A DNA stretch of 31,523 bases from Candidatus Woesearchaeota archaeon (GTDB lineage Archaea > Nanobdellota > Nanobdellia > SCGC-AAA011-G17 > GW2011-AR18): assembly GCA_018302765.1 (NCBI GenBank), contig JAGVZG010000026.1, positions 1 to 31,523 on the forward strand, given 5' to 3'. Under the pieces are notes generated by a model. The model saw nothing but the letters and a program-made list of their open reading frames with translations, searched no databases and was not told the origin of the DNA. The position numbers and the translations under genes are program-made. Positions 18,459 through 27,124 of the stretch are shown one piece after another (positions within the stretch are counted from its first letter, which is position 1; every line of letters starts with the position of its first letter).

Positions 18459-18730
18459 GCAGAAAAAGGGATAGACTACAAGTAATTTATGATATACTTA
18501 GTGTTATAAAGGAAAAAAATGGAAAAATTAAGCCAACACATATATTATACAAATCAAATCTGTCTCATCAAATGATGGAAGAATATGTAGGAGAATTAAT
18601 TGGCGGTGGATTTGTAATAGAAAATAATACTGCATCAGGAAAAACGTACCAATTAACAGAAAAAGGTTTTGACTATTTAAATAAATACAAAACAATAACA
18701 GATTTTCTAGATTCTTTTGGATTAAGTTAG
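18455..18730 (+). CDS. Winged helix-turn-helix transcriptional regulator (archaeal ArnR1-like/HTH_45 type)
   Basis: RKRDRLQVIYDIL...KPTHILYKSNLS...YQLTEKG pattern. Confidence 0.8.
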   Translation: MSRKRDRLQVIYDILSVIKEKNGKIKPTHILYKSNLSHQMMEEYVGELIGGGFVIENNTASGKTYQLTEKGFDYLNKYKTITDFLDSFGLS

Positions 18731-18762
18731 ATATTTAAACCAATCTTAATTTAAAAATATAT

Positions 18763-18847
18763 GGGCTCGTAGTAGAATGGCAATACGCATCCTTGGCGTG
18801 GATGAAACTGCGGGTTCGATATACTCACGAAAGTCCCGCCGAGTCCA
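18763..18847 (+). tRNA. tRNA-Ala(GGC) containing a 13-nt intron in the T-loop; CCA not encoded
   Basis: Acceptor GGGCTCG/CGAGTCC with G3:U70 and A73; anticodon stem CATCC/GGATG, loop TTGGCGT; T-stem GCGGG/CCCGC. Confidence 0.92.
18821..18833 (+). other. tRNA intron at position 59/60 (ATACTCACGAAAG) with bulge-helix-bulge motif
   Basis: Central helix UUCG/CGAA flanked by 3-nt bulges AUA and AGU; removal restores the 7-nt T-loop UUCGAUU. Confidence 0.8.
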
Positions 18848-18852
18848 CTAAA

Positions 18853-19350
18853 ATGACAAAAACAATAAAAATAAAATTATACAGCAAAGTAAAATCAAAT
18901 TTAAATAAATTAAAAATAGACCCAAAAGACAAAGTATCAAAAGATAAGCATTTTTCAGTTGGTGCATTGATTAAAAATAAAGATAAATACTTGGTGATTA
19001 ACAGAAATTTATATCCTCCAGGTTATGCAGGAATTGCAGGACATGTAAATAAAAGAGAAACACAAGAGAAAGCATTAATAAGGGAAGTAAAAGAAGAAAC
19101 AAACTACAATATATTAAGCAAAGAGTTATTATTTCATGAAATTATAGAAGGCAATGAATGCAGGACTGGTTTTAAAAAACATGAATGGTACTTGTATTGG
19201 TGCAAATGCAATGGAAAACTTAAATTGCTAAAAAGAGAAGAGAAATCTATTAAATATTTAACTCAAAAACAAATAAATAAAATATATAAAAAGGGAAAAT
19301 TAGAGCCAGTTTGGGAATACTGGTTTAAAAAACTAAAGTTAATAAAATGA
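18853..19350 (+). CDS. NUDIX hydrolase; start moved from 18793 to 18853 because the longer ORF overlaps the tRNA
   Basis: Nudix box GHVNKRETQEKALIREVKEETNY. Confidence 0.88.
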   Translation: MTKTIKIKLYSKVKSNLNKLKIDPKDKVSKDKHFSVGALIKNKDKYLVINRNLYPPGYAGIAGHVNKRETQEKALIREVKEETNYNILSKELLFHEIIEGNECRTGFKKHEWYLYWCKCNGKLKLLKREEKSIKYLTQKQINKIYKKGKLEPVWEYWFKKLKLIK

Positions 19351-19503
19351 TTCTATTAACTACTAAAAATATAATAAACTAATTTATATGCAAGGCTTCA
19401 AGTAAATTGAAGCTGTTTAATTCCAAGAATTCTAATTGTTACAAGTCAATCTATATTTTATAGGACAATTTTCTTTAAAAATTAAAAAAATTAGTTCAAA
19501 GTT

Positions 19504-20133
19504 ATGCAATTAGAGGATTTACTGTTAAGAAAAGAAGAGCTTCCAATATCGCTATCTTCAGATACAAATAGAAATACAGGATTTAGAGTCCCAATTTTCA
19601 GAGTACCTATATATCCAAGATTAATTTCTAGTGAGGTTAGTTTAGATCCAAAATTAGCAGATGGTGTTTTTGAAGAAGCAGCAAGACAGTGGTATGAAGA
19701 TTTAAAATTATATTTAGATTCCCAAGATTCAAAGCCAGAAAGAGATTGGACAAATGAAACTTTTTACAAAAAAGGTCTTAAAATAGAAAAAAGAGGCGAA
19801 GTTATTAGTATTAATAATATGTGGGAGAATATGACAACAAATTTTGGAAATGGTTTTGTTGATACTCTATCAATAAACAGAAATGTTGGAGGAACTTTGT
19901 TTATAATTATTGAAAAAATAAGACCACAATATATTGGCAAACCAGAAGTACTTTTTTCTAAAGAGAAATTTAGATTATATAAAGGAAAAGATATTGACTG
20001 GGATTTTGATGATTCGACAGCAGGGTATTCCTATGACAGACATAACATAGATAATTATCCAGGTGCATTATTTTTGAGAAATTGGGCAATTCTGTATTTA
20101 AATGAAGCAATTAAAAACATAAAACCAGCATGA
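19504..20133 (+). CDS. Hypothetical soluble protein (209 aa)
   Basis: Long ORF with typical codon usage; no family recognised. Confidence 0.65.
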   Translation: MQLEDLLLRKEELPISLSSDTNRNTGFRVPIFRVPIYPRLISSEVSLDPKLADGVFEEAARQWYEDLKLYLDSQDSKPERDWTNETFYKKGLKIEKRGEVISINNMWENMTTNFGNGFVDTLSINRNVGGTLFIIIEKIRPQYIGKPEVLFSKEKFRLYKGKDIDWDFDDSTAGYSYDRHNIDNYPGALFLRNWAILYLNEAIKNIKPA

Positions 20134-20163
20134 TTTATAAATTATAAATTATTGATTATTTTT

Positions 20164-20586
20164 ATGGAAAACTGTGTATTTTGCAAAATAATAAAAAAAG
20201 AAATATCATCTTCTATTGTTTACGAAGATGAAAAAACATTTGCTTTCTTGGATATTTCTCCTGCCTCACTAGAAGGAGGACATACTTTGGTGATGCCAAA
20301 AAACCATTATAAATTTGTTTCAGAAATGTCAGATGAAGATTCAAAAGCGATTGCTTTAACAATTAAGAAATTATCAAAAGCATTGCTTAAATTTGGCGAA
20401 GGTATGAATATAATACAAAATAATAATAAAATAGCAGGCCAGTATGTTCCGCACGTTCATTTTCATTTAATACCTAGATTTAAAGGGGATGGGATAACTA
20501 TAGAGAAATGGTCTTCTCATAAGTATAAAGATAATAGAGCAATGGAAGAAATTGCTAACAAAATCAAAAGTCTTTTAAAAGATTAG
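20164..20586 (+). CDS. hit: HIT family nucleotide hydrolase; start moved from 20152 to 20164
   Basis: CVFCKII, AFLDISP, GHTLVMPKNH and HVHFHLIPR motifs. Confidence 0.92.
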   Translation: MENCVFCKIIKKEISSSIVYEDEKTFAFLDISPASLEGGHTLVMPKNHYKFVSEMSDEDSKAIALTIKKLSKALLKFGEGMNIIQNNNKIAGQYVPHVHFHLIPRFKGDGITIEKWSSHKYKDNRAMEEIANKIKSLLKD

Positions 20587-20604
20587 TTTAGTTCTTTGTT
20601 TCAA

Positions 20605-20677
20605 GCCTCTGTCGTCTAGCGGTCAGGACACGAGTTTCATAAGCTCGATATCGTCGGTTCAAATCCGACCAGAGGCA
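20605..20677 (+). tRNA. tRNA with CAT anticodon, most likely elongator tRNA-Met; intronless, CCA not encoded
   Basis: GCCTCTG/CAGAGGC acceptor; CGAGT-TTCATAA-GCTCG anticodon arm; GTCGG-TTCAAAT-CCGAC T arm; lacks the initiator A1:U72 and GGG/CCC features; Ile2 not fully excluded. Confidence 0.88.
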
Positions 20678-20711
20678 CTTTTATAAAATAATACTTTAAT
20701 TATAAATTAAT

Positions 20712-21638
20712 TTAAGCATATTGAATAAAAAATGCATCAACTTCTCCAATGTTTTCTAGAGAATTTCTATTAATTCTAGTTGCAGCTTTCCTTAAATTTT
20801 CATAATTATTTTCTTTTCCAAATAAACTATAGTCTTCTAATTTTATTATTTGAGTAATGGGATCAACAAATAATTTACCTTCAATTTTACTTTGTTGAGT
20901 ATTGTGTCTTCGTTTTATAGCTTCTCTACTAGCTACAATTAAACCCATTCTTTTAACTGGTTTTTCTCCATAATTTATCAAGTACAATGCAAGGTCTGTT
21001 AATCTTCTATTAAAATAAGACAGGTCGTCAATATTTTCTTTAAAGTATCCAGTAAATATTCCTGAAACTGCTAATAAAGTTCCACCAATATTTATCGATG
21101 GGATAATTTTTAATATTCTATCTTTAAGTTTAATATCTATTTTGTGTTCCTTTGACTTACGTGATTGGCTAACAGAACTGCAAATGCCATCAGAGAATAT
21201 TGAACCCCAAAAATAAATTAAATCAAATTTGTCTTCTCTTAACTCACTTTTTTTATCATCTAAAAAAGCAATGTCTCCCATATAGCAAGAAACTTCTCCA
21301 TTTTTACCACCTAATAAGGGAATCGAGTCTCTTTTCATTTCTGAAAGTTTTTCAAAAGTGATATAGGTATGTCTATCATTACTCCAATCCGCATCTAAAG
21401 TATAAACTTTATTACCTAATTTAGATAGTGCTTGTGATGGTGATTGGTTATGGCCTGCCCCAACTTCCAAGCAAGATTTTCTATCTTCAAAACCTAATTT
21501 TTCACTAAGAGTTTTCATAATCTTATCTAAACTTTCTTGTTTACCATAATTTCTAGGAAAACCAATTTCAGGTTGCCCATCGTCTGGAAAATATTCAAAT
21601 GGATTCCCAGAAGTTTCATCAATAATTAGTAGTTCCAT
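20712..21638 (-). CDS. Hypothetical protein with class I SAM-methyltransferase-like motifs
   Basis: CLEVGAG, YTLDAD, YMGDIAFL and FDLIYF motifs. Confidence 0.6.
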   Translation of the reverse strand: MELLIIDETSGNPFEYFPDDGQPEIGFPRNYGKQESLDKIMKTLSEKLGFEDRKSCLEVGAGHNQSPSQALSKLGNKVYTLDADWSNDRHTYITFEKLSEMKRDSIPLLGGKNGEVSCYMGDIAFLDDKKSELREDKFDLIYFWGSIFSDGICSSVSQSRKSKEHKIDIKLKDRILKIIPSINIGGTLLAVSGIFTGYFKENIDDLSYFNRRLTDLALYLINYGEKPVKRMGLIVASREAIKRRHNTQQSKIEGKLFVDPITQIIKLEDYSLFGKENNYENLRKAATRINRNSLENIGEVDAFFIQYA

Positions 21639-21688
21639 AAAAAATTCTAAAATGAGAAGTCTATTTAAATGTTACTACTATTAAGATG

Positions 21689-23374
21689 TCACATAAACAA
21701 CCTGTTCTTCCTAATTTCATCAACTAATTTTTCCCTGTAATTTTTCCCCCATTTTTTTATGCCTTTTGCATCCAGATGAGTTAAATAATCAGCAACTTTT
21801 TGTCCTGCCAAATATTCTGGGAAAATAACAAAGTCAACGCCTTCCCTGTATAATAATAAAGCATCCATTGCGCTGTGTGTATTTATAATAGTAATCAGGT
21901 TTTTGTTGGCAAATTTTGCAATCTTAACTAATCTTATATTGTCGTGTAAATTTGGCACAGTAGAGATTAGCATTTTTGCTTTTTTTATATTTAAGATTTC
22001 CAGTACATGTATGTTGCCATAATCCCCATAAATACAGTTAATTCCTTCATTCATTAATTGTTTTACTCTTTCTGGATTAAAATCAAGAACAACAAAATCT
22101 TTTCTCTTTAATTTCAAAGTTTCAATAATTCTAGAAGCCATTCTGTGAGCGCCAATTATTATAATATGATTGCTCATTTCTTTTTCTAGTCTTTCTATAT
22201 TAAAATTCTTGGGATTTGTCTCAATTTTTTTAAGAATGGGATAAAATATAGAATAAATTCCTCTGTCATACTTGATAAGGTAAGATGTTAAAGTAAATGT
22301 AATGGCACCAATAATAATTACTAAGCTGAAAACCCCCTGACTTAGATGTCCAGAAGCAACGCCGCTTCCAGCCAATACTAATGAGAATTCGCTTATTTGG
22401 GCTAATGATAAGCTAGTACTAAAGCAAGTTCTATTGCTCTGTTTAAATGATTTTAATAACCAAAAGATTATGAAAGGTTTAATAATTATAATTAGCAATA
22501 GCAATATTAATAACAAATTTATATTTCCGTTAAAATTAAAGCCATTTATCTGCATTCCCAATGATACAAAAAATATTACTAAAAAGAAATCCTTCAGCGA
22601 TATAACTCTTCCAACAATCTCAAAACTATAAGGCGATGATGCCAATGCAACTCCAGCTATAAAAGCACCAATTACAATGGAAAATCCAAGATAATAAGCT
22701 AAAGCTGCATAAGTAAAACTAATTGCCAGAGCTACAACAAACAATAATTCAGGTAGTGAAGCAGTTAAACGCAAAACATAATTGAAAATATATTTTCCTA
22801 TTAAATAAGATACCAAAATAAGTCCTAGACCTTTAACCAGGGAAATTAATGCAAAGAAAGAGCTGTTGCCAATTCCTTGCAATAAAGATAAAGCTAATAC
22901 AACTAGTATATCCTGAACCAACAAAATTCCAAGAACGATTTTTCCATGCAATGTTTGAAGTTCATTTTTATCTTCCATCAACTTTACAACAAGCATGGTG
23001 CTAGAGAATGCAACAATTAATCCTACGTACAAGGCTTCAGTAGTATTAAGCCATATAGTTGCAATTAAAGTTGCTACAAAAGTGACTAAACTAACTTGTA
23101 GAACACCTACAATGCCAACAACCCAACCAAGCTGCTTAAACTTACTTATATCAAGCTCCAAGCCAACAATGAAAAGAAGAAAAGCCACTCCTAATTCAGC
23201 TAGTTGTTTTATTAGTTCTGCATTAGTAATCAGACCAAATGCTAATGGACCAATTAAGATGCCAGCTAGAACATATCCTAATACCAATGGTTGTCTAAAG
23301 AATTTTACAATTAAAGCTAAAAAAGCAGCAAATAATATAATTAATCCTATATCAATTAATAATGAACTTACCAT
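21689..23374 (-). CDS. CPA2-family cation:proton antiporter with TrkA-N/KTN domain (Kef-like)
   Basis: LGYVLAGILIGP, LLFIVGLELD, FSSTMLVVKL, ILLVQDI; C-terminal IIIIGAHRMA...IYGDYG. Confidence 0.92.
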   Translation of the reverse strand: MVSSLLIDIGLIILFAAFLALIVKFFRQPLVLGYVLAGILIGPLAFGLITNAELIKQLAELGVAFLLFIVGLELDISKFKQLGWVVGIVGVLQVSLVTFVATLIATIWLNTTEALYVGLIVAFSSTMLVVKLMEDKNELQTLHGKIVLGILLVQDILVVLALSLLQGIGNSSFFALISLVKGLGLILVSYLIGKYIFNYVLRLTASLPELLFVVALAISFTYAALAYYLGFSIVIGAFIAGVALASSPYSFEIVGRVISLKDFFLVIFFVSLGMQINGFNFNGNINLLLILLLLIIIIKPFIIFWLLKSFKQSNRTCFSTSLSLAQISEFSLVLAGSGVASGHLSQGVFSLVIIIGAITFTLTSYLIKYDRGIYSIFYPILKKIETNPKNFNIERLEKEMSNHIIIIGAHRMASRIIETLKLKRKDFVVLDFNPERVKQLMNEGINCIYGDYGNIHVLEILNIKKAKMLISTVPNLHDNIRLVKIAKFANKNLITIINTHSAMDALLLYREGVDFVIFPEYLAGQKVADYLTHLDAKGIKKWGKNYREKLVDEIRKNRLFM

Positions 23375-23427
23375 AAAACCTCTTTTTTATTAAAATAAGA
23401 GAAAATCAGTTAATAAAACTTCTTATA

Positions 23428-23811
23428 TTACTTATATACAGCAAAATCTGCCTTTTCATTACAATCTAAAATTGATGCAATATAAAACCTCTTTTTTGGA
23501 GCCATAATTTTAAGCAGATTTTTAATTGGTGGAAGTTGTGTTCCCTTCCATATTACATCTTCAACTATAACAACAGTGCCTGTATAATCTTCCTTTGTAA
23601 AATTAGTCCTCCAAAGTTTTGCTTTACCTTTTATTATATTTGTCCATACTTCATAATAAGCAACATTTATTCCTTCATTTCTTAGGTTTGAGGCAATAAG
23701 TTTAGATAATGTTCTCCCTCCAGAACACACAGCTAAAAGATGAATTGGCTGCTTAAGATTAAGTAATTGATCGCTTAAAATTTTTATAATTCTTTTCGTT
23801 GATTTATTCAT
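23428..23811 (-). CDS. Small type I phosphoribosyltransferase-like protein
   Basis: LLAVCSGG and PRPP-loop-like VVIVEDVIWKGTQL. Confidence 0.7.
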   Translation of the reverse strand: MNKSTKRIIKILSDQLLNLKQPIHLLAVCSGGRTLSKLIASNLRNEGINVAYYEVWTNIIKGKAKLWRTNFTKEDYTGTVVIVEDVIWKGTQLPPIKNLLKIMAPKKRFYIASILDCNEKADFAVYK

Positions 23812-23862
23812 ATAAAAAAGACATTACTAAAGTTTTTAAATTTTGAGGTTGCTAAACAAACA

Positions 23863-24627
23863 ATGGAATTTAATCCAAATTTATTATGGAACAAGGAAAA
23901 TAAAATTTATATTATTTCATATAAAAAAGTAGAGAATACAAAAATAAGCTCAAACAAGAAAAATAAAAAAGAAATTATGAAATTGGTTGAAAGAATTGCT
24001 GACTTATTTAATTTTCATAAAGCAGTTAGAATAACAGGATCATTAAGCATATATACCCAGATTCCAAATAAGTCAAGATTAATATCAGATGTTGATATTA
24101 ACATTAATGAATTGAATTTTATTCATATTACAAAATTAATAACAAAAAAAGGTTATTCTTTATGCAGATTAGCACAAAGAGAATTAAAAGATGGAATCAG
24201 AACGTGTGTATTTGAAGAAATTAAACCAAGTGAATTTATTATAAGGAAACCTTCTGTAAGAACTGTATTTCTAAAGAAAAATATTTTTAAGCAAAACCAT
24301 AAGAAAAGTCCCTTAGATATAATAGATATTTTTGTAAATTATATTGATAAAAATAATTGGGAATGTACTTATGATCATAGAATAAACCCAATTATTCCTG
24401 AAGAATTTGAAAAAGAAATTATTTTACCAAAAGGCAACATAAGAACAGTTTCTCTTAAATATATGGCAGTAGTTAAATCAATATTATTAAAAAATGAAGA
24501 TTTATTTGGAATTGGAAACAAATTAGATAGAGAGAAAAATAAATATGATCTAAATGTTATATTAAAAAATATAAAAAATGCAGAAGAGATAAAAGAAATA
24601 TTAAAAAAACGCAAAACAATAAAATAA
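23863..24627 (+). CDS. Pol-beta-superfamily nucleotidyltransferase-like protein (possibly AbiEii/DUF2204-like)
   Basis: ITGSLS...ISDVDI (GS...DxD); IIDIFV; C-terminal VK...REKNKYDL. Confidence 0.55.
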   Translation: MEFNPNLLWNKENKIYIISYKKVENTKISSNKKNKKEIMKLVERIADLFNFHKAVRITGSLSIYTQIPNKSRLISDVDININELNFIHITKLITKKGYSLCRLAQRELKDGIRTCVFEEIKPSEFIIRKPSVRTVFLKKNIFKQNHKKSPLDIIDIFVNYIDKNNWECTYDHRINPIIPEEFEKEIILPKGNIRTVSLKYMAVVKSILLKNEDLFGIGNKLDREKNKYDLNVILKNIKNAEEIKEILKKRKTIK

Positions 24628-24631
24628 AAAT

Positions 24632-24937
24632 TTACTTCTTTTTTAGTGTAATCTCTATAAAACTTACCCTTACGTTTTTTCCTTCTTTGTTTGTAAAGTC
24701 TTCACTCCCAATCTTTATGTCTGCAACTTCTACAGTACTATCTAGAAATCTTTTTGAAGCCACTTCTGCTACATCCACAGCTCTAGAAATAAATTTACCT
24801 CTTGCTTTAACAATAACTTCATTAGAATTCTGTGTTGTAAATTGCATGACGACACCCGTTACATAATTCATAAAAGGCTTTTCCCCTATGAACACGACGT
24901 TGCTATTATATTTTTTTTCAGTTGTTTCTGTTGTCAT
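24632..24937 (-). CDS. albA: DNA/RNA-binding protein Alba
   Basis: VVFIGEKPFMNYV, VIVKARGKFISRAVDVAE, VSFIEITL. Confidence 0.95.
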   Translation of the reverse strand: MTTETTEKKYNSNVVFIGEKPFMNYVTGVVMQFTTQNSNEVIVKARGKFISRAVDVAEVASKRFLDSTVEVADIKIGSEDFTNKEGKNVRVSFIEITLKKK

Positions 24938-25018
24938 TTTCTATTTCTCCAAGTGTTTTTGAAGTGTTTCTTATAAGAGAAATTAGTGTTTATACTATTT
25001 TAACTTATTGTTCTTAAA

Positions 25019-25207
25019 TTATTTGCTATGCTTAAGTAAATGTGTTATATAACCAGCTATAAGATTTCTCAATTTTTTAGAGTAAATATCTGCTACCTCA
25101 TCCAAATTTTTCTTATTATGCTCAAAATTCGGCTGAAATCTATCAGGGAACTTTTTAACTAAATTTTCTCCAGTTCTCTTGACTAAAGTGGTTCTTATTC
25201 TTCCCAT
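25019..25207 (-). CDS. rps17e: 30S ribosomal protein eS17
   Basis: MGRIRTTLVKR...F..NK...SKKLRNLIAGYIT. Confidence 0.96.
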   Translation of the reverse strand: MGRIRTTLVKRTGENLVKKFPDRFQPNFEHNKKNLDEVADIYSKKLRNLIAGYITHLLKHSK

Positions 25208-25250
25208 AAAAATATTGAAAATTCAAACACTATTTAAAGTTTACTGGAAC

Positions 25251-26369
25251 CTAAATTTTTTCTAAAATATATATTTCTCTAAGTATTTTATTTTCTTTAT
25301 AGCCATAAGGTACAGGCTTAAAAGCTAAAATAAAGCTGTTCTTTTCTGCAATAGCTTTAAAGTCCAAAAAGACAATTTTATTTTCTCTTGTCCTGATTTT
25401 AGGGATAATTATCACAACCCTGCACCCGACTTTCACAACTTTCCTTAGTTCATTTAATAAAGAAGTGTAAAGCCCTGATAGTTCATTTATTAGCATCTTG
25501 GCGCCTTCTAATGTAGGTAGTTTCCTTATATAAGGCCCCATATAAGGCTCAGTTGCTACACCATCAATACTGTTTTCTTTTATTTTTTCAGATAATTTTC
25601 TTGAATCATGTTTAATAAGCTGAAATTTTGAATTTAAACTATATTCTTTTACCAGCCAATTAAGATTTTTTTCAGCTTGTTTTATTGATTTTTCATCACC
25701 ATCTATACCTATAACATTTATCTTATTAAGTAAGGCCTCTTGTAATATAGTACCAGAACCACAAAAAGGATCCAGTAAAATGCCACCATTCTTGACTTTT
25801 GTTAAATTTACTAATATCTTAGCCAATCTTATGGAAATAACTTTCATATAATCTACTTCTGGTCTTGATAGATCTCTTTTTTTAAATTCCAAAGGGTTAC
25901 TAATTGCAACAACATTTCCAATATAGTTCCTAAAAATAATAATATTAATGCCTTTATTTAGTATATTTTTATTTACTAATTTTGATGGATCGTTGGTTTT
26001 TTTGTATAAAGCCTTTATGCCTATGCCTTTAAAATAATTTTTTAAATAGTCTTCAACAAAAGAACAAAGGTTTGTATTAAAACTGTCAATATAATACTCT
26101 ATTTTATTATTTTGACCATTATACAGGTTAGCTTTTTCTAAATTATCTTCAATCTGATCAAATCTACCCGAATTAGATATTACTTTTGCTATTTTTATAA
26201 TGCCGCCGAATTCTTTAATTATTTCAGGTTTTAACTCATTGCAGTCTATAATAAGAACATTTTTACCTTCATCACAAATTCTAAAAGTAATTTTTTCTCT
26301 TTCTAATACAGATTCTACTTCCAACCTTGACAATTCTGGGTCTCTGCCTAATAAAAATAAGTATAACAT
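25251..26369 (-). CDS. TrmG10/Trm11-like tRNA (guanine-N2) methyltransferase
   Basis: ISIRLAKILVNL, LLDPFCGSGTILQEA, ATEPYMG motifs; N-terminal region probably THUMP-like. Confidence 0.75.
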   Translation of the reverse strand: MLYLFLLGRDPELSRLEVESVLEREKITFRICDEGKNVLIIDCNELKPEIIKEFGGIIKIAKVISNSGRFDQIEDNLEKANLYNGQNNKIEYYIDSFNTNLCSFVEDYLKNYFKGIGIKALYKKTNDPSKLVNKNILNKGINIIIFRNYIGNVVAISNPLEFKKRDLSRPEVDYMKVISIRLAKILVNLTKVKNGGILLDPFCGSGTILQEALLNKINVIGIDGDEKSIKQAEKNLNWLVKEYSLNSKFQLIKHDSRKLSEKIKENSIDGVATEPYMGPYIRKLPTLEGAKMLINELSGLYTSLLNELRKVVKVGCRVVIIIPKIRTRENKIVFLDFKAIAEKNSFILAFKPVPYGYKENKILREIYILEKI

Positions 26370-26467
26370 GTAAAGACAAAATAAACAACTTATAAAAGAC
26401 TTGCTATTGAAAATTTTTCAATAAAACAACATAATTCTTTTTTAAGGAACTTAATTATATTTAATAA

Positions 26468-27124
26468 ATGAAATACCTGTTTTTGTTAATAATTTTACTA
26501 ATAACTCCTTCAGCTTATGCTTGGAAGTTTGAAACTCATCAAAATATAATAGAAACAATATATATTAACTTACCACAGGAAAATCAACAAAGCTTAAATT
26601 TGACAAAGCTTAAGGAAGGCTCTATAATTCCTGACAAAGATTTTAAAGATAATAAAAAACACCATTACCCTTATTCTTTAACAGAAGCCCAAAAATGGCT
26701 AAATAATGACACTGATTTAAGTATTAATTTGGGAATAGCCTCTCACTATATCACAGATTCATTTGTTGCTCCTCATAATATTAAAAAAGAGTCATATAAT
26801 TTGCATTCAATGTTCGAAAACCAAGTTAAGAGTTATTATCCTATGGTAAATTGTAATAACCAAACATTTACCCTGATAGATTTATCAAAAGGTGTTAAGA
26901 ATTCTAAAGATTGGTATGTTTGGCTGAAAACAAAAGATAAGAAAATACCAGAAAAAGAAGTTGACGAAGGAGCTCAATTTTTGTTTTCAATAATATTAAA
27001 TAAATTAAGTGCAACATGTAAAAATCTTCAAGCAGAAGTTAAAGAAATACCTTATTTTACTGCAAATAAGATTATATTTTCTTTCATAGTTTTATCAATT
27101 GGTTTATATTTCCTTAAGAATTAG
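26468..27124 (+). CDS. Secreted, C-terminally anchored Zn-dependent phospholipase C / S1-P1 nuclease superfamily protein
   Basis: Signal peptide ending AYA|WKFETH; PDKDF, HHY, SHYITDSF...H and HSMFE Zn-ligand pattern; C-terminal TM helix. Confidence 0.75.
   Translation: MKYLFLLIILLITPSAYAWKFETHQNIIETIYINLPQENQQSLNLTKLKEGSIIPDKDFKDNKKHHYPYSLTEAQKWLNNDTDLSINLGIASHYITDSFVAPHNIKKESYNLHSMFENQVKSYYPMVNCNNQTFTLIDLSKGVKNSKDWYVWLKTKDKKIPEKEVDEGAQFLFSIILNKLSATCKNLQAEVKEIPYFTANKIIFSFIVLSIGLYFLKN

Noticed and set aside
18793-18852. N-terminal extension of the NUDIX ORF in the ORF track
   Set aside because: Lies inside tRNA-Ala; ATG at 18853 is the plausible start
20605-24627. Possible tRNA-integrated island downstream of tRNA-Met
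   Set aside because: No integrase or transposase, and no duplicated tRNA 3' end seen by eye
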